Positions 46,054 to 58,669 are shown, counted from the first letter of the whole stretch. The stretch: DNA of 62,301 nt, filler included, from 8 parts of 8 records of this genome joined end to end with filler, not necessarily neighbours in it, one strand, 5' to 3'. The notes: generated by a model from the sequence alone, not told the origin. Numbers and translations: made by a program.

Positions 46054-47592
46054 ATGTGCGCTCGGTTGGCGGTCGGGCTGCTGCTGCTGCTGCTGCTGGC
46101 GCCGGCCAGTTCGCACGAGCACGGGCACCTGATGATGCCTTCGCCCGCGCTGGCTGGCTTCACTCCGGTGCCCCTCAACGCCAGCTTCACACGGGTCCCG
46201 CTCCCCGTCGAGGGCCGGCTGCCGAGCTACCTCAGCGGCACGCTGTACCGGGGCGCCCCGGGGGCCTGGCCGGATGGCTGGTGGCTCGACGCGCTGGTGA
46301 CGCTGCACAGTTTTGAGTTTGGCGATGAGTCGGTGCATTACTCGATGCGTTACTGCAAGGACGAGGTGTACAATCGCACCCGCGCCCCGCCCGCGCAGAT
46401 GCCACAGGCGGGCCCGGGCAGCGGCGAGATGCCACACCCGGCGAACAGCTCGTGGCCCACCGGAGTGGCGTTTCACCACGTCGACGGACAACTGCTCAGC
46501 TCTACTGGGGTCTCCAACGCCAACCAACTGGACCCTGCGACGCTCGAGCCGATCCAGCTGCCGTTTGAGTACGCGGACGAGCTGGGGGCTCCCTACCTGG
46601 CTCCAACGCATACCGTGACGGTCAATGGCAGCGTGCTCCACCACCTCGTCTACGGTGTGCAGACAAGAGATAGCGAGCAGGGCTACACCGTGACTGAGAT
46701 CCGTCCGGGCAGCAGGGCACGCCAAGTGCTGGCCAAGATCGCCTCGCCGCGAGCCTCATCCTGGCGGGGGTTGCCCTCTTTCCAGCACCAGGTCTCGGCC
46801 ACCGAAGACTTCTATGTCATGCTTGAAGCGCCCTGCTACTATCCGGAAAAGCCAAGCCCGCTCGGTTCAGTAGACTGGGTGGATTGGGGTTGGAACCCTT
46901 TAGCTGGGACTCACATCCGACTGTTGGACCGGCGGACTGGCCAGTCGCAAGTCTGGCCTGTCACGCACAATCTATTTGCCATCCACCACATCAACGCCTA
47001 CAAGGATGAAGCGAGCAACAGCCTGGTCCTTGACGTCATTCAGACCTTTCCTTCAATCGTCCCGTGCTCCCAAGCCTTCAAGAGCCTCACCCTAAACCAT
47101 TCAGTCAACGACTGGCAGCAGAGTGCCAAGGGCATGCAGATGTCCACCCCCAGAAGATTGCAGGTGCCCCTGGACCGCCCGGGCGCTCGCATTTCACCCC
47201 AGGAACTCGGCTCTGCCCGGGGCATGGAGTTCCCTACGATTCGCTACGACCAACTGGCAGGCCGCAAGTATACGTATGCATATGGTGTTTTCTGGCAGGG
47301 CAAGGCTTCGGCTTATTACGATGCGCTGATCAAACTGGACGTTCAGCGAGGCAATCACACTACATGGGGGCTGCCTCAGCATTACGTGGGCGAGCCCATC
47401 TTTGTGCCAGACCCCGAGGGCTCTGCTGAAGACGATGGTGTGCTTATGACCAACGTGCTGGACGCTGTGGGCAAGCAGACTTTCTTGGTGGTGCTGGATG
47501 CCCGCACAATGACCTTGGTAGCGAAGGCCGGACCTACTCCGATTGTGATCCCCCATGGGTACCACGGGCGGTACTTCGACGATCGATCTTGA
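46054..47592 (+). CDS. Carotenoid cleavage oxygenase (RPE65/BCO family) with N-terminal signal peptide, intronless
   Basis: VEGRLPSYLSGTLYRGAPG, four candidate Fe-ligand His (APTH, FQHQ, IHHINAY, PHGYHG), EFPTI and GEPIFVPDPEGSAEDDGVL. Leader MCARLAVGLLLLLLLAPASS. Confidence 0.92.
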   Translation: MCARLAVGLLLLLLLAPASSHEHGHLMMPSPALAGFTPVPLNASFTRVPLPVEGRLPSYLSGTLYRGAPGAWPDGWWLDALVTLHSFEFGDESVHYSMRYCKDEVYNRTRAPPAQMPQAGPGSGEMPHPANSSWPTGVAFHHVDGQLLSSTGVSNANQLDPATLEPIQLPFEYADELGAPYLAPTHTVTVNGSVLHHLVYGVQTRDSEQGYTVTEIRPGSRARQVLAKIASPRASSWRGLPSFQHQVSATEDFYVMLEAPCYYPEKPSPLGSVDWVDWGWNPLAGTHIRLLDRRTGQSQVWPVTHNLFAIHHINAYKDEASNSLVLDVIQTFPSIVPCSQAFKSLTLNHSVNDWQQSAKGMQMSTPRRLQVPLDRPGARISPQELGSARGMEFPTIRYDQLAGRKYTYAYGVFWQGKASAYYDALIKLDVQRGNHTTWGLPQHYVGEPIFVPDPEGSAEDDGVLMTNVLDAVGKQTFLVVLDARTMTLVAKAGPTPIVIPHGYHGRYFDDRS

Positions 47593-47790
47593 CACGGCAA
47601 ATGTTGGATTTACAACAGCTGGACCTAATCCATCTGGAATCTCCATATACGAATCCCAAATTCATGACCCCCCTCAAAATCCCCTACGGGTTTTAATCGA
47701 GCACATACGCACGGTGATAGGTTCATCTCTAGAATAAAGCACTTGCTCTATTCTCTGTACATAAGTACATTTATTAGAAAGTCGGGGCTC

Positions 47791-47890
47791 NNNNNNNNNN
47801 NNNNNNNNNNNNNNNNNNNNNNNNNNNNNNNNNNTTAATTAATTAANNNNNNNNNNNNNNNNNNNNNNNNNNNNNNNNNNNNNNNNNNNN
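47791..47890. other. Artificial contig-joining spacer
   Basis: N44-TTAATTAATTAA-N44. Confidence 0.99.
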
Positions 47891-48085
47891 TTACTAAATA
47901 CCAAGGTACCTGGTACCGTACACAAAGACAGGGAGTAAATTACTGGTGAGACGCGCGCTGGGTGGCCAGCACTTTAGAGTCGGGTGGTCCCGGTCTTCAG
48001 GTCTGTTGTCGAGCCCCGGTGCACGCTCGCGACAGTCGCGACGGACAGAACGCCTGGACCTGGGGTCGCGTAGCCGGCGCTAGCG

Positions 48086-51000
48086 ATGGCGCGGAAGAAG
48101 AAGAAGAAGAACCCTGACGAGCCGGCCCCGCCTTTGTCCCCTCGCTCCCGATTCAATGCGGCACTCGAGCCCGCGCACCCGGAGCCGGCAGCGGTGGTCC
48201 AGCAGCTGCTAGCGGACGGCTTGCTGGCCCTAGAACAACCCGACGAAGCGGGGCACACGCCGCTGCGCCGAGCGGTAGCCGCCGGGGCCTCGTCGGTCAT
48301 CCGGCTGCTTGTGGAGGCCGGCGGCTCGGTGAACAGGATTTCGCCCAGCGACCAGGCGCGTTGCGCCCTGCAGGCCGGCGAGCGAGGGGGACAGGCGCCG
48401 TTGCTCCATTGCGCGGTGACGCACGGGCACGAGGACGCGATCTGCGCCTTGCTGGAGGCCAAGGTGCCCCCTCCCCCCCTGGGCCCGGCACCTCAGTCTG
48501 TGTTCAGGCTGAAATTGAGGCGAGATGCGACGGCGGTAAAACAGCCCTGATGCAGGCTTGCAGCAGCGGACTCGCCTCAGTGGCCTCATGCCTGATCGAT
48601 GCCAAGGCTGACACCCTCGCGGTCGACAGCAACGGCACAAGCGTGCTCCACATGTCCAACTCGGTCACTTGTTGCGAGCTGATTCTACGACATCTGGCTG
48701 GGTTCGAGCCCGGTCGCCGGCACGACCTGGCGCTGACAGCCGACTTGGACTATTCGCCGCCCCCGCGCCAGCACGAGATCCCTCTGGCACACGAGCCTGA
48801 AGCCACGTCGCTCCCGCCGGCGCCATTCCTTAGGCCTCCTCGAGATTCAAGGATCGGCCTGTGGTTCGAGTCTAGTCTGGGGGCATGGGAGCTCCTCGGC
48901 AAGGAGCGTGAGGTGGTTTTTCCGTTTCATCACCTACCGGATTACGCATCGGAGGTCTTGAGAGCCTGCCAGCCACTCACCTGTTGTGGCAGGTGTTGCA
49001 CGTGTGTACTGTAGCCGAGCTTGTCCTGGGCCGGGAGTACAGGGCGGCCATATCGGCGGTGGCGCCGGATCCGGGGCTGGACTCTGGGCTGTACCAGTCA
49101 TGCCTGTATGCTGTCCTTGAGGCCGGAAAGCATCTGCTCACCTGTGACAGTTGTGGTGAGTCGAGCCAGGTCGCCAGATTACCCTCGGCTGGGCTCAGCG
49201 GTGCGGGCCAGGATGCGGCCATTGCGCGTGAGGAACTCCAACACTTCACTGTCGCTGCGTTTCAGGTCCAGCTACTCACAGTGTTGGGCTGAACCGGGGC
49301 TGCAGGAGCTTCTGGGAGGCAAGGCGGTGGAGCTGGGTATTGGAGAGGTCCAGAATGTAAGCCCTTGGCTGGCGGGTGCGATGGTGGACATGATTGCCGC
49401 CGGGTGCCTGTGCCGGCCGCGCCGGCGTCATGCCGGGTAGGTTTTTTGGGCCAACATTTTGGGCCAAGCGAGCAATCTTCCTATGCGAGGATCCTATAAA
49501 GCAGCGGCAAATGTATCGAGCCGAGAACCTTCAGCCGGACAACTACTTTCTGCAGGCATGCGGCTAGTAAGACCAGGCTTTACACTATGTATGGCCAGGT
49601 TCCTCTGGCTGTTGAGCCGACTCAGGACGCTGTCACCTCAGCTGAGCGGAGATTGCATGCATACACCTCCGCTGGGTGTGCTCTGGTGGCGGACGTCATA
49701 CCTGGGATCCATCCGGCGTACTCAGAGATGACCATGCGCCAGATGCTGCTCGACTGTGAGATCTTACACGAACGAAAGGCGGCATCCATCCGGCGAAGGA
49801 AGAAAAAGAAGCAGGGTCATTTGCAGGGGAGTATCACAGTGCAAAGGCAGTTGCCTGAGGCAGTGAGGGCGTCAATCAAAGCTTTCTGGGGGCGGTTGGA
49901 CAGAACGGCACGGAGGCGGTTGCTCCAGATCCCGGATGAAGCATTTGATAATGCAATCAGGAAGAGCCGACATTGGGATTTGCTGAAATATTTTGATGAG
50001 AATTACGATGAGTTTGGGCCCAAGGGCTTGCTCGATATCGACGACCAGTCGGGGCATATCACCGTGGGCAAAGGCCTGTTGGGTGTGGAGAGTATATTGC
50101 GGGTGCTGGATGCTAGGCAATTAGAGCAGCTTGAGCCTAATTTTAAGTCAGGAGAACAGATGAGCCAGGTGCGCTGCGTGATTCCTGTTAGCTGGCTGAG
50201 CTTGGGTGGTCGCAGGCGGCGGGGAAGGCACTCTATGAGGGGCTGGCGCTCTTGCTGATGAGGGAACAGCTTGTGTGCGCGCATGGTGAGTCATCAAGGG
50301 AGGAAGCAGCGCTGCGATTACAGGATGAACTGATCAAAGCGGAGGAGGAGGAACGGGAGCGCAAGGAGAAGAAGGGTAAAAAGGCCAAGCAGAAGGCAAA
50401 GAAGGTGGTGCTGCTTGAACCTGATCCGCCCAAAGAGGAACCAACAGCACCAGAAGACGAGGACCCGCAAGAAGTGGTGGAGGAGCAGAGTGATGAACAA
50501 GAGGAGTCGACCACAGCCGAGGAGCGGGAGCAAAGTGAATCTGAGGAGGAGGGGGCTATGCTGGACAATCCGCTAGACGACGAAGACGACATGCTAGATG
50601 CGATGGTGGCAAGTACTCAGCGGAGGAACAAGATTTCCGTAATCCAGGCAGCTGACAAAGGGGATCCGGGTGAGGAGCGGAGAGGTCAGAGCAAAGTACG
50701 ACTGTGCCAGCGGTATTTCAACACAGGAGAGTGCCTACGACGGGCGGAGTGCTGGTATGCGCACAATCTTGAGGAACTCGAGGCCTCGGCTCGGCGGAAC
50801 TTCAAGACTCGACCATGCCATGCGTTCCAAGCTGGTAACTGTAAGTTTGGAGCATGCTGTACTTTTGCGCATGGTGCGAATGAGCTGAGGTTGCCAGAGG
50901 ACCCAGTAGTGCTCCCCCCTGTACCGCGAGTTGGGAACACGAAGAGCGCAGAGCCAGCAAATAGGCGGAACCAGTCAGTTTCCAGTTGCAAGCCTTGTGA

Positions 51001-51630
51001 ATCGCCCCTGCCTGCACCCCAACCAGTGAGGTTACCGGTGCCACTGCCAAAGCAGACTAGGCCGACTCGTAATCTGGTGAGTGAGCTGGCGATGGCATCT
51101 GGAGCTCAGAGGCCACGGGAGCCATTTCAGCCGCCGAGTATACCACAATTAGGTTTTGCGAGTGCGGCTGACCCGGTACGTACTGGGCGTGCTTTGCTGA
51201 CTGTGGCAATTTAGGTGTTCAACCCGTCAGCCGATCCGGTGTTCAACCCGTCATCGGATCCGATTTTTGACCCTATGGCACACCACATTGGGGCCCCGCC
51301 GGTAGGAGCACCTGGAGTGCACAGGCCGGTGGGGGCACCGGCAGCACATGGCCTGATCCCCGAGATGCTGATGCCGATGGGATTGATGTCAGATCCGGTG
51401 TGCTCTAAATCAATTATCTAATCCTCATGCTTATGATACATCCTTGGTAAAGCTCGCCGGGTTGACCGGTGAGAGCGCAGGACGAAGGGCTGTGCAAAAT
51501 ATGCTTAGAGCGACAAATCAATGTGGAGCTGTTGCCGTGCCAGCATGCAAACTTCTGCTCCAAGTGTGTGGTCGGCCTAGATGCCTGCCCTCTATGCAGG
51601 AATCCTATACGTAGCATCAACCGCTGGTAG
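48086..51630 (+). CDS. Ankyrin-repeat, tandem CCCH zinc-finger and C-terminal RING protein (putative RNA-binding E3 ligase), multi-exon
   Basis: Ankyrins GHTPLRRAVAAG, LLHCAVTHGH and GKTALMQACSSG. Fingers KVRLCQRYFNTGECLRRAECWYAH and FKTRPCHAFQAGNCKFGACCTFAHG. Last exon CKICLERQINVELLPCQHANFCSKCVVGLDACPLCRNPI, stop 51628-51630. Confidence 0.85.
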
Positions 51631-51683
51631 CATGTAGCCCCCGTCATTAAGTTGTACTGGAGCGTGCCGTGTAGGCGGCGGGC

Positions 51684-51783
51684 NNNNNNNNNNNNNNNNN
51701 NNNNNNNNNNNNNNNNNNNNNNNNNNNTTAATTAATTAANNNNNNNNNNNNNNNNNNNNNNNNNNNNNNNNNNNNNNNNNNNN
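51684..51783. other. Artificial contig-joining spacer
   Basis: N44-TTAATTAATTAA-N44. Confidence 0.99.
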
Positions 51784-52297
51784 CCCCGTATCACCCTTCT
51801 AAACCGTTAAATGAGTTGGGGCCTAAACCCAGAAACCGCCCCAAATAGCTGCAGTGGACCAAATCCAATCTGGTTGTCAATGAATAACGGCAACCAAGGG
51901 TGACTCGGCCCAATCTAGGGTCTAGCGCACCGAGGTATGCGTCCGGATGCCTTGTATCACCCTTGGACGGACTTTGGTCCTTGGCCAAAATTTGGGAGTC
52001 TGTGGTTATAAATAACCATCAGTCCGGATTCAGGACCTAGATCATTCTACTCGTACTGTAAAGTACCGGTAAAGTACCGGTATAAGCTTACGAAGCTTAT
52101 GTCCCTGCTCTCGAGATTTTAAGAAAGTATTAATTTAATTTCAGGATTACGTTTAAGATTACGTGTGTGGAGTGTCGACTTCAAGACTAGACTAGACTAG
52201 AATCTTCACTGACCTTTGGCATAGCATTGATTAATTTCGATTGGCTAGCCGAGTACATCATTCAAAGGGCCCGTACTGGTACATGTACTGTTGCAAG

Positions 52298-55200
52298 TCA
52301 AAAGGCAGTTCCGATCCATCCCTCGATAGGCAGAAGGCGCTCATCTCCAAACAAAATGTGAATGGGCCTAGAGGAAAATCACGTCAGCTCAACAAAAGGC
52401 CTGAATGGAATGCACCTCTCGGTGGTGCGAGCAAGCAGCGACATAGTGCCATCAAACGAGAGGGAGGGGCACCATATGCCATTGACGGTGAGAATCACAT
52501 GGCCGGGCCGAACCCCCGCCTGAATCGCCTCGTGCCCGTTGACCCTCGTGACTTTGGTCGACCTGAGACACACGAGTTAGTCTCTGCACAGCAATGAACT
52601 GTCCACCTGGTCTCTTGGTCGGATTCCTCATACCAGACACCCAGATCAGCCGACTGGAACCCGACCAGGTTGTAATGCTTGGCTGCCTCACTCGGCCCGT
52701 CGCTGAGCTGGTGATCGTATTCGAGTCCAGCGCCATTCTGCACAGCCATTTCTAAATGCTCGCCAAACTCGAGCTCTGACAGCCCGCTGCACGCCACACG
52801 GGATTGCAGCTCGAACCAGCGGAACCGGATGTGCTGCTCCGATCTGCCGGGGAGAATCTTTTGGAGCCCAGACCAGCGATGGCCTATCTCAGAATGTTTC
52901 TTAAGGAGCAAGCTGTCTTCGTGTATTGTGAAGTGTTTTTGGGACTTGTCATGTTCTAAGAGCATGTGCGAGAGCCAGCGGGCTCGGCACTCGCCGGCTG
53001 TCTTGGAGATGGCCTTTGCAATGTCGCACCAATGCTCAGGCTCGGTGTCGCCAGCAAGTCTGAGCAGCTCCCTGTCCTCTTGGCTGGTGAAGAAGTTGCG
53101 GGAGAAGCTCAAGTCTTTGTAGACGCACCTCTCGTTCTTCAGATCGTAGTATTCAGGCGGGTTCAAAATCTCCTCGCGGTTGGCTCGTTTGGAGCCTTTA
53201 CGCGCCCACCTGGAGGTGAACACCCCGTCATCGATATCCTCATCGTCGCTAATGTCGCAGTCCGAATCCTCGAATTCGTCCCATTCGTCGAATCGACTCT
53301 GCAGGTGGTTCTGCATAGACCACCGCTGGCTCTCGTATTCATCAGAGTCCACCTCCTTGGGATAGCCATAAGTCGTCTCCATCGCACAAGCCAGCTCCGC
53401 CGGCACCTTCTCCCTTCTTTGCTTCTTTCTCTTTGGGGCGCAAGAGGATTTACCTCTCCACATTCTTTTCTGCCGCTTGAGCCACTTGCCAAACTGAGGT
53501 TCACACGCCTGCTAGCACGATGAGGTGCGGGCAAGCCGATGGGCTGCTCACCGGGGGCAGCAGTCCCAGGAGGACAGGCCCAAGGAGGGCTTCAAACGCG
53601 TCAACTCTTGCTCGAGCAGGAGCTTGCATGTCGGGGCTTGCAGATTCGCCCCGCCGCGGCTTGGGCTTGGGCGTCATTCGGCTAGCCTGGTCCAACGATA
53701 CCTTGTGCTTGGCGTAGAATTCGAATGGCATAGTCACGCCCTTCAATTCGACAGCCGGGGAACCGTCCAGCGCGAAGACCTTCAATGCAGCGAAATATCG
53801 GAATGTCCGGTTGTAGTGCTGCTTTGAAGTGATGTTTGTACAGATCTTGAACCCAAGGCACGGCCGACCTAACCCCCCAAAATGATCAGCTGGCCAAGAA
53901 AACACGGGTGGCTGACCGTCGTCCTCAAACATCGAGAAGAAAGAGTGGACACTAGTCCTCTCAGGCTCTTGCTCCAGTCTCAATTCTCCCCTTTGCACTG
54001 TGATGTTCACTGTTTGCTCATGCAGTGTGACCACGTCCTCGGTCGTTTTGAAAGTGCCGTCGAAACGGATCAGCCGGATCTGCTGCTTCTTGTCCTCGGC
54101 AGCAGCTGCAGCAGCGTCGACTTTAGCGTCGACCCGGATGTTCTTCTTGGCGCGCAGCACTGGTGTGCCATCTTCGTATTTGAGGCTGAGCTCAATTTGA
54201 GCGTGGGCAAGGAGTGCCTCTGGATTGGTGCAGTTGCCTTTCAGGTGGCTCCTCAGAGCTTCTAGGAAGAAATCAGCCCTTGGGTCCTTGAATTTGAGCG
54301 CTACAGTCATCGATCGATCGTTTGAGCGAATCCATCCTGCAGCAGCACGCTGGTTAGGAGGGCCTACTGCCAAATGCGGCCACGGGCGGGCACCTTGGCG
54401 CTTGGAGTGGCCCTGCATCACGGATATGTCAATATCAGACTTGAGCACCATCGACTCAACAGGAGGAGCCATGGGCATTGCCTCGGAGAGCTCCTTGCTT
54501 ACCGGGACCCTCCCGACTTGCTTACCGGGACCCACAACCTGCTGCACTTGCTTTACCGGGACCCTCCCGACTGGAGGGGTCAATTGATCCTCTGAGCAGA
54601 CCTGCTTCATGCTCGAAACTTGGTGCGGCCGCGGCACCGGGCTCTCGCCCTTGTCTTGCTTGACAGTATTCAGTTTATGCTTACGCACGCCGCGAGTGGT
54701 ATCAGTGATCCCAGGAGAGAGCTTGACGGCCGGACTCGGAGTTTTCCTCCCGGTGGACGTCACCCAAAGGTCGCCAGTCAGCTTCTTGGACCGCTCTCGC
54801 TTCCTGGTGCCAGTTAGCTTCTCGGGGTCGCAACAGCCTGTGTGGTACTTGGGCTGGTGGCAGCCCACTGTGCCACAGCGCCCATGAGTGGCCACCAGCT
54901 CCAGCTCGGCCGCCGGCTTGGCTACTGGAGCTGGCCGCTGCACTTGCTTATTGCCCTTCTGGTGTGCCCTAGGATCTTCGTACCAGGCAGGCCCAGTGTG
55001 CCCCTCCTCTCTGCACCCGCCAACTAGACGATAGGCCTCGGCCTTGGGCGTGCCGGTCCGCCAGCCAGTCAAGTTCTTCTGGTGGCAGTCCCAGCACTTG
55101 GCGTCTTTATCTTGCCACTTTGCAAGCTCAGAGGGCTCTGGCAGCCCGCAGGCGTGTGTCGCTTCAAGCCACAGGCTCACCTGAGCGTCAACTGTGAGCA

Positions 55201-56497
55201 GCCTGGCATGCGAGCTGCGGCTGTGCAGCCACTCGCTGATCCTGGGCACCCCCAGCTTCAGGACCTGCGCCAAGTCTTTGCGCGAGGTCACTTGCGAATT
55301 GATCAACTCCTCGACCTTGCCCACCAGCCAGCTGTGCGCTTTGTGATCAGCGGCGCTCATCTCAGTCACTTGCGGCTGCGCGCTGTTGGCAACTGGCGCC
55401 AGCGAGTCCAATGCCTTGCGCTTCTTCTTGACGGCGGCTGTGGCTCTATTGGATGGCGCCGCAGGTGGGGTTTCAGCCTTGATGCCGCCCCGGGCTGGGT
55501 ATTGACTGGTTGTGCTTTTGACCGGCACGCGCTTGTACCGCTCTGCCGCTGGGTCTTCAGCGGTCAGTCTGTCCAGCAACGATGCGACTTTGCAGTCGTA
55601 ACCGAAGGTGAGATCCGGGCGACAGCCTCCGTTCAGCCATAAGCTCATCGCACTCTGCACCAGGCCAACCTCAGCTGCAAATGCCTTCTGGGTCATCTGC
55701 AGCTTAGTGATCTGCGCTCTGGCCTCGCGGACCAGCATCTCGTGCGTCACATTCTGCTTCTTGACGGGCACCCCCACCCGCAGGTGCCGGAGCCGCACAT
55801 ACTGGTGCGCAAAGTCCTGGTGGAATCCATGATACCGGACCAAGAACAGCAGCGGGCCGTTGGCACCGTCACCCGTCTGCTTGACGCTATCCACATCCGC
55901 CGCATACCACTTATCCGGATTCAGCTGGTCGTACGGATCCTGGGCCTCCACTTGGCATCCTACCTGGAACCAGCTGGGGACTTGGCTGGGCTCAGCCTCG
56001 GGGTGCAGTTGGACATGTGAGATGCCGACCCAGGCCTCGGTGCCGTCCCTCTCGAACCTGACGCGCACCGGCCGGGACTTCGGACCAGGCTTGGCTGTCT
56101 TGTCGATTTCGGTCACTATTGCGTCAAACCGGGTGTTGGCCTTCTTGCCCCACTCTACCGAGACCGAGCTGTAGACTTGAAACCCTAGGTTGTCGGCCGG
56201 GCGCGCCGACTTGGACACCCCAGCTTGCTTTGCGCTCCCGTGATTCTTTGGCACGTTCACGCCCCAACTCTCCTGTGGTGGTTCCGGGTCGAATCGGCGT
56301 GCCTGACGAGCCGTCGGTCAGAGGCGGGGCCGCGGGGTATGTTTCACCGGGACGCGGGACTCCTTGGAGCCATCGGAGTAGCGCACATCGCAAGTGCCGT
56401 CTGGGTGTTTCACTTCGAGCGCCACATTGTACCGCCTCCAGCGATCTTTGGCTTTGAACCAGCACTGCGTTCTGTTGCCCACCTCGCCGCCGGGCAT
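52298..56497 (-). CDS. Multidomain chromatin/transcription regulator: 3 Tudor/Agenet-like, 2 HTH, Cys/His knuckles, Ig-fold-like DNA-binding domain, 2 Myb repeats, PDZ
   Basis: Four short GT-AG introns join ORFs 56318-56497, 53501-56260, 52495-53463 and 52379-52573 in frame. Motifs: DGTCDVRYSDG, FQVGCQVEAQD..WYAADV..LVRYHGF, MTQKAFAAEVGLVQSAMSLWLNG, LSLKYEDGTPV..FKI..TSKQH..TMPFEFYAK, FTSQEDRELL..WCDIAK..CRARW, FTIHEDSLL..RWSGL..LPGRSEQHIRFRW, AIQAGVRPGHVILTVNG..RPIHILF. Confidence 0.75.
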
Positions 56498-56981
56498 CTT
56501 CGCTCGAGATGAGCGGCCAGGTGAACTCAAGCCTCCGGTGCGAGCCGGTGAGTGGGTCGGCGCGCTTGAACGGCGGTCGAGCTCGGAGGAACTCGGAGGG
56601 CCGCGAGAACCGTGTGTGCAGGCCCCACTTGCCCGGGTGTGTGGTTTGATTGGCGCGTAGCTTGTGGTTTTCCTCAATAAGGAGTGGGTTAGGCAACTTG
56701 GCGCCACGGAAGCAAAACTTGGCGCGCTTTTTTGCTCGTCGTGCTACGCAGTACGTACAGGTAAGTTCGATTACTCGTCATAGGCTAGGGTCGGCGCACA
56801 TGACGACTCGAGGAGGCTCAACTGCATCCAGCTCAAGGTACAAGTACTATTGTTTTAATTAATCAGTACAAGTTCCAGCTCGACGTCATGATTGTCAACG
56901 TTCGAATCAAGCTGTTGACACGCGCTTTATACGAATAGCGCTAGACTTTCGAGTAGATCCAGACTCCGGCGGAATAGCTGG

Positions 56982-58527
56982 CTAGATGGCGGTGGAGGCG
57001 AGCTGGAGGTCCTCCTCCATGATCCCGCCCTCGTGCCGGGCCTCGCCCATCAGCACCTGGTTCTTGTCTCGCGAGTACATAGTAAAGTACTTCATCACTG
57101 CACGCACACGCTCAGCGCACACCGACCCCGGGCACGCACTGAATAAGTCGCCCACGATCCAGAGCGGCCCGCGCGGCTTGGGCACGTCCAGCGCCATCAA
57201 ACCTGCCCCAAGAGGCTCGCGGGCCCACCGGCTGAAAGCACCTGGAGTGCAAGTCTTCCGCTCTTGGTTGGGCCCGCGGGCTTCAAATACGTACTCGCGC
57301 TTGTGGAGCGGGTACCGCTTGATATACTTTGTACCGTCCTCCTTGGATGCCTCGAGCAGCAGCGCGATCGTAGGGATGCTGTCCCAGTTGGAGCTGCGAC
57401 TCACTCAGCCGCCGCCTGCTGAGGCCCCCGCACCAGTCGCGCTGAATGTTGAGCTGGTCGATCAGCCCGGTCACGTGTGGGGTCGGCCCGGTCAGCAGCG
57501 AGCTGCCCACCCGGTCAGCACCCGGCCGGCCCGCCAGCGCACGTTCCGCTGTCGACAGCCAGCTTGCAGCCTTGTTGAGGGCAGACTCCCAGCCGCTGCC
57601 GGCCGACCTCCACGTCCACCAGCCGCACCGCCCAGTAGTTGTCCTCGATCACCTGCCCGGGCTCGGCCGGCCCCAGCCGTCGGGGGGCACGTCATGTGCT
57701 GCAAGCTCTCCTCTGTAGTACTTGCTGGCCTTGGAGGCACCGAGCACGAGCTTACCCGGCCGGGAGACCCGGTTGGACAGGAAAAAGCCGAACGCGTTGT
57801 CCCCGAGCACGTTCTGGTCCATCACTTGGTCGAATAGCGGGTACATGCCCTGGGCCGCCAAGCCTGCCCCGCCGCTCAGCCCCGCGGCCCCGGGTATGGG
57901 TCACTTGGGAAGGCCAGTCCGACGATCCCGGAGAAATGGCCCTTGTTGAAGGCGTCCCCCCGCTCGTGCACCACCTCCCCGAACCGAGCCTGCTTCAGCT
58001 GAACCGAGCCTGCCCCCCGCGCTGGCTGGATGGCGAGCCCGCGGCGCACCGAGCCGCATGTCGTCCTTGACCACTCGGCCGCGGACCAGCCCCGAGCCGT
58101 ACTTGATGTAGAAGCGCGGATCGTGACGGCCGCCGAACCCCTCCTGCACCAGGTACTTGCTGAAGGTCTTGGACTTGCTTTGGTCGTAAAAGCCCAGCCG
58201 GCGGCAGCTCTCCGATCGGCAGCCGTTGCCGGGCATCCAGGTGTTGGAAGAGCCGGTGTCGAAGATGGTCCGGAAGCTCTGGGGCGGGGTGCCGATCTGG
58301 AGTTGCCCGACGAACTGAGTGTACCCCCAGTTGCGCAGGTCGATCGAGGATGCCTTGGGCCGGCCGGCGTCCTCCTGGAGCAGAAGCAGCTCGCGGTGGT
58401 GCTCGCCGAGAACCCGATGCAGGTGGCGGTGGTCCTCCTGGCTCCGTCGGTGCGAGACCAGCTCCACCTCGCCGTCCTGGCCCAGGCACACCCCGCACAC
58501 CGCCGCCAACACGAGCACCAAGCGCAT
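56982..58527 (-). CDS. Pepsin-family (A1) aspartic protease with signal peptide, multi-exon
   Basis: MRLVLVLAAVCGVCLG, IGTPPQSFRTIFDTGSSNTW, IKYGSG, GIVGLAFP, second catalytic AVDSGT/SLLTGP and WIVGDLF. Stop 56982. Confidence 0.96.
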
Positions 58528-58567
58528 TGGCTTGCGAGAATGATATGCCCAACGCCACCACAATTTT

Positions 58568-58667
58568 NNNNNNNNNNNNNNNNNNNNNNNNNNNNNNNNN
58601 NNNNNNNNNNNTTAATTAATTAANNNNNNNNNNNNNNNNNNNNNNNNNNNNNNNNNNNNNNNNNNNN
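58568..58667. other. Artificial contig-joining spacer
   Basis: N44-TTAATTAATTAA-N44. Confidence 0.99.
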
Positions 58668-58669
58668 GA

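Noticed and set aside
17715-47592. Opsin-like receptor plus carotenoid oxygenase as a linked photoreception system
   Set aside because: They are on different contigs joined artificially, and the receptor lacks the retinal-binding Lys.
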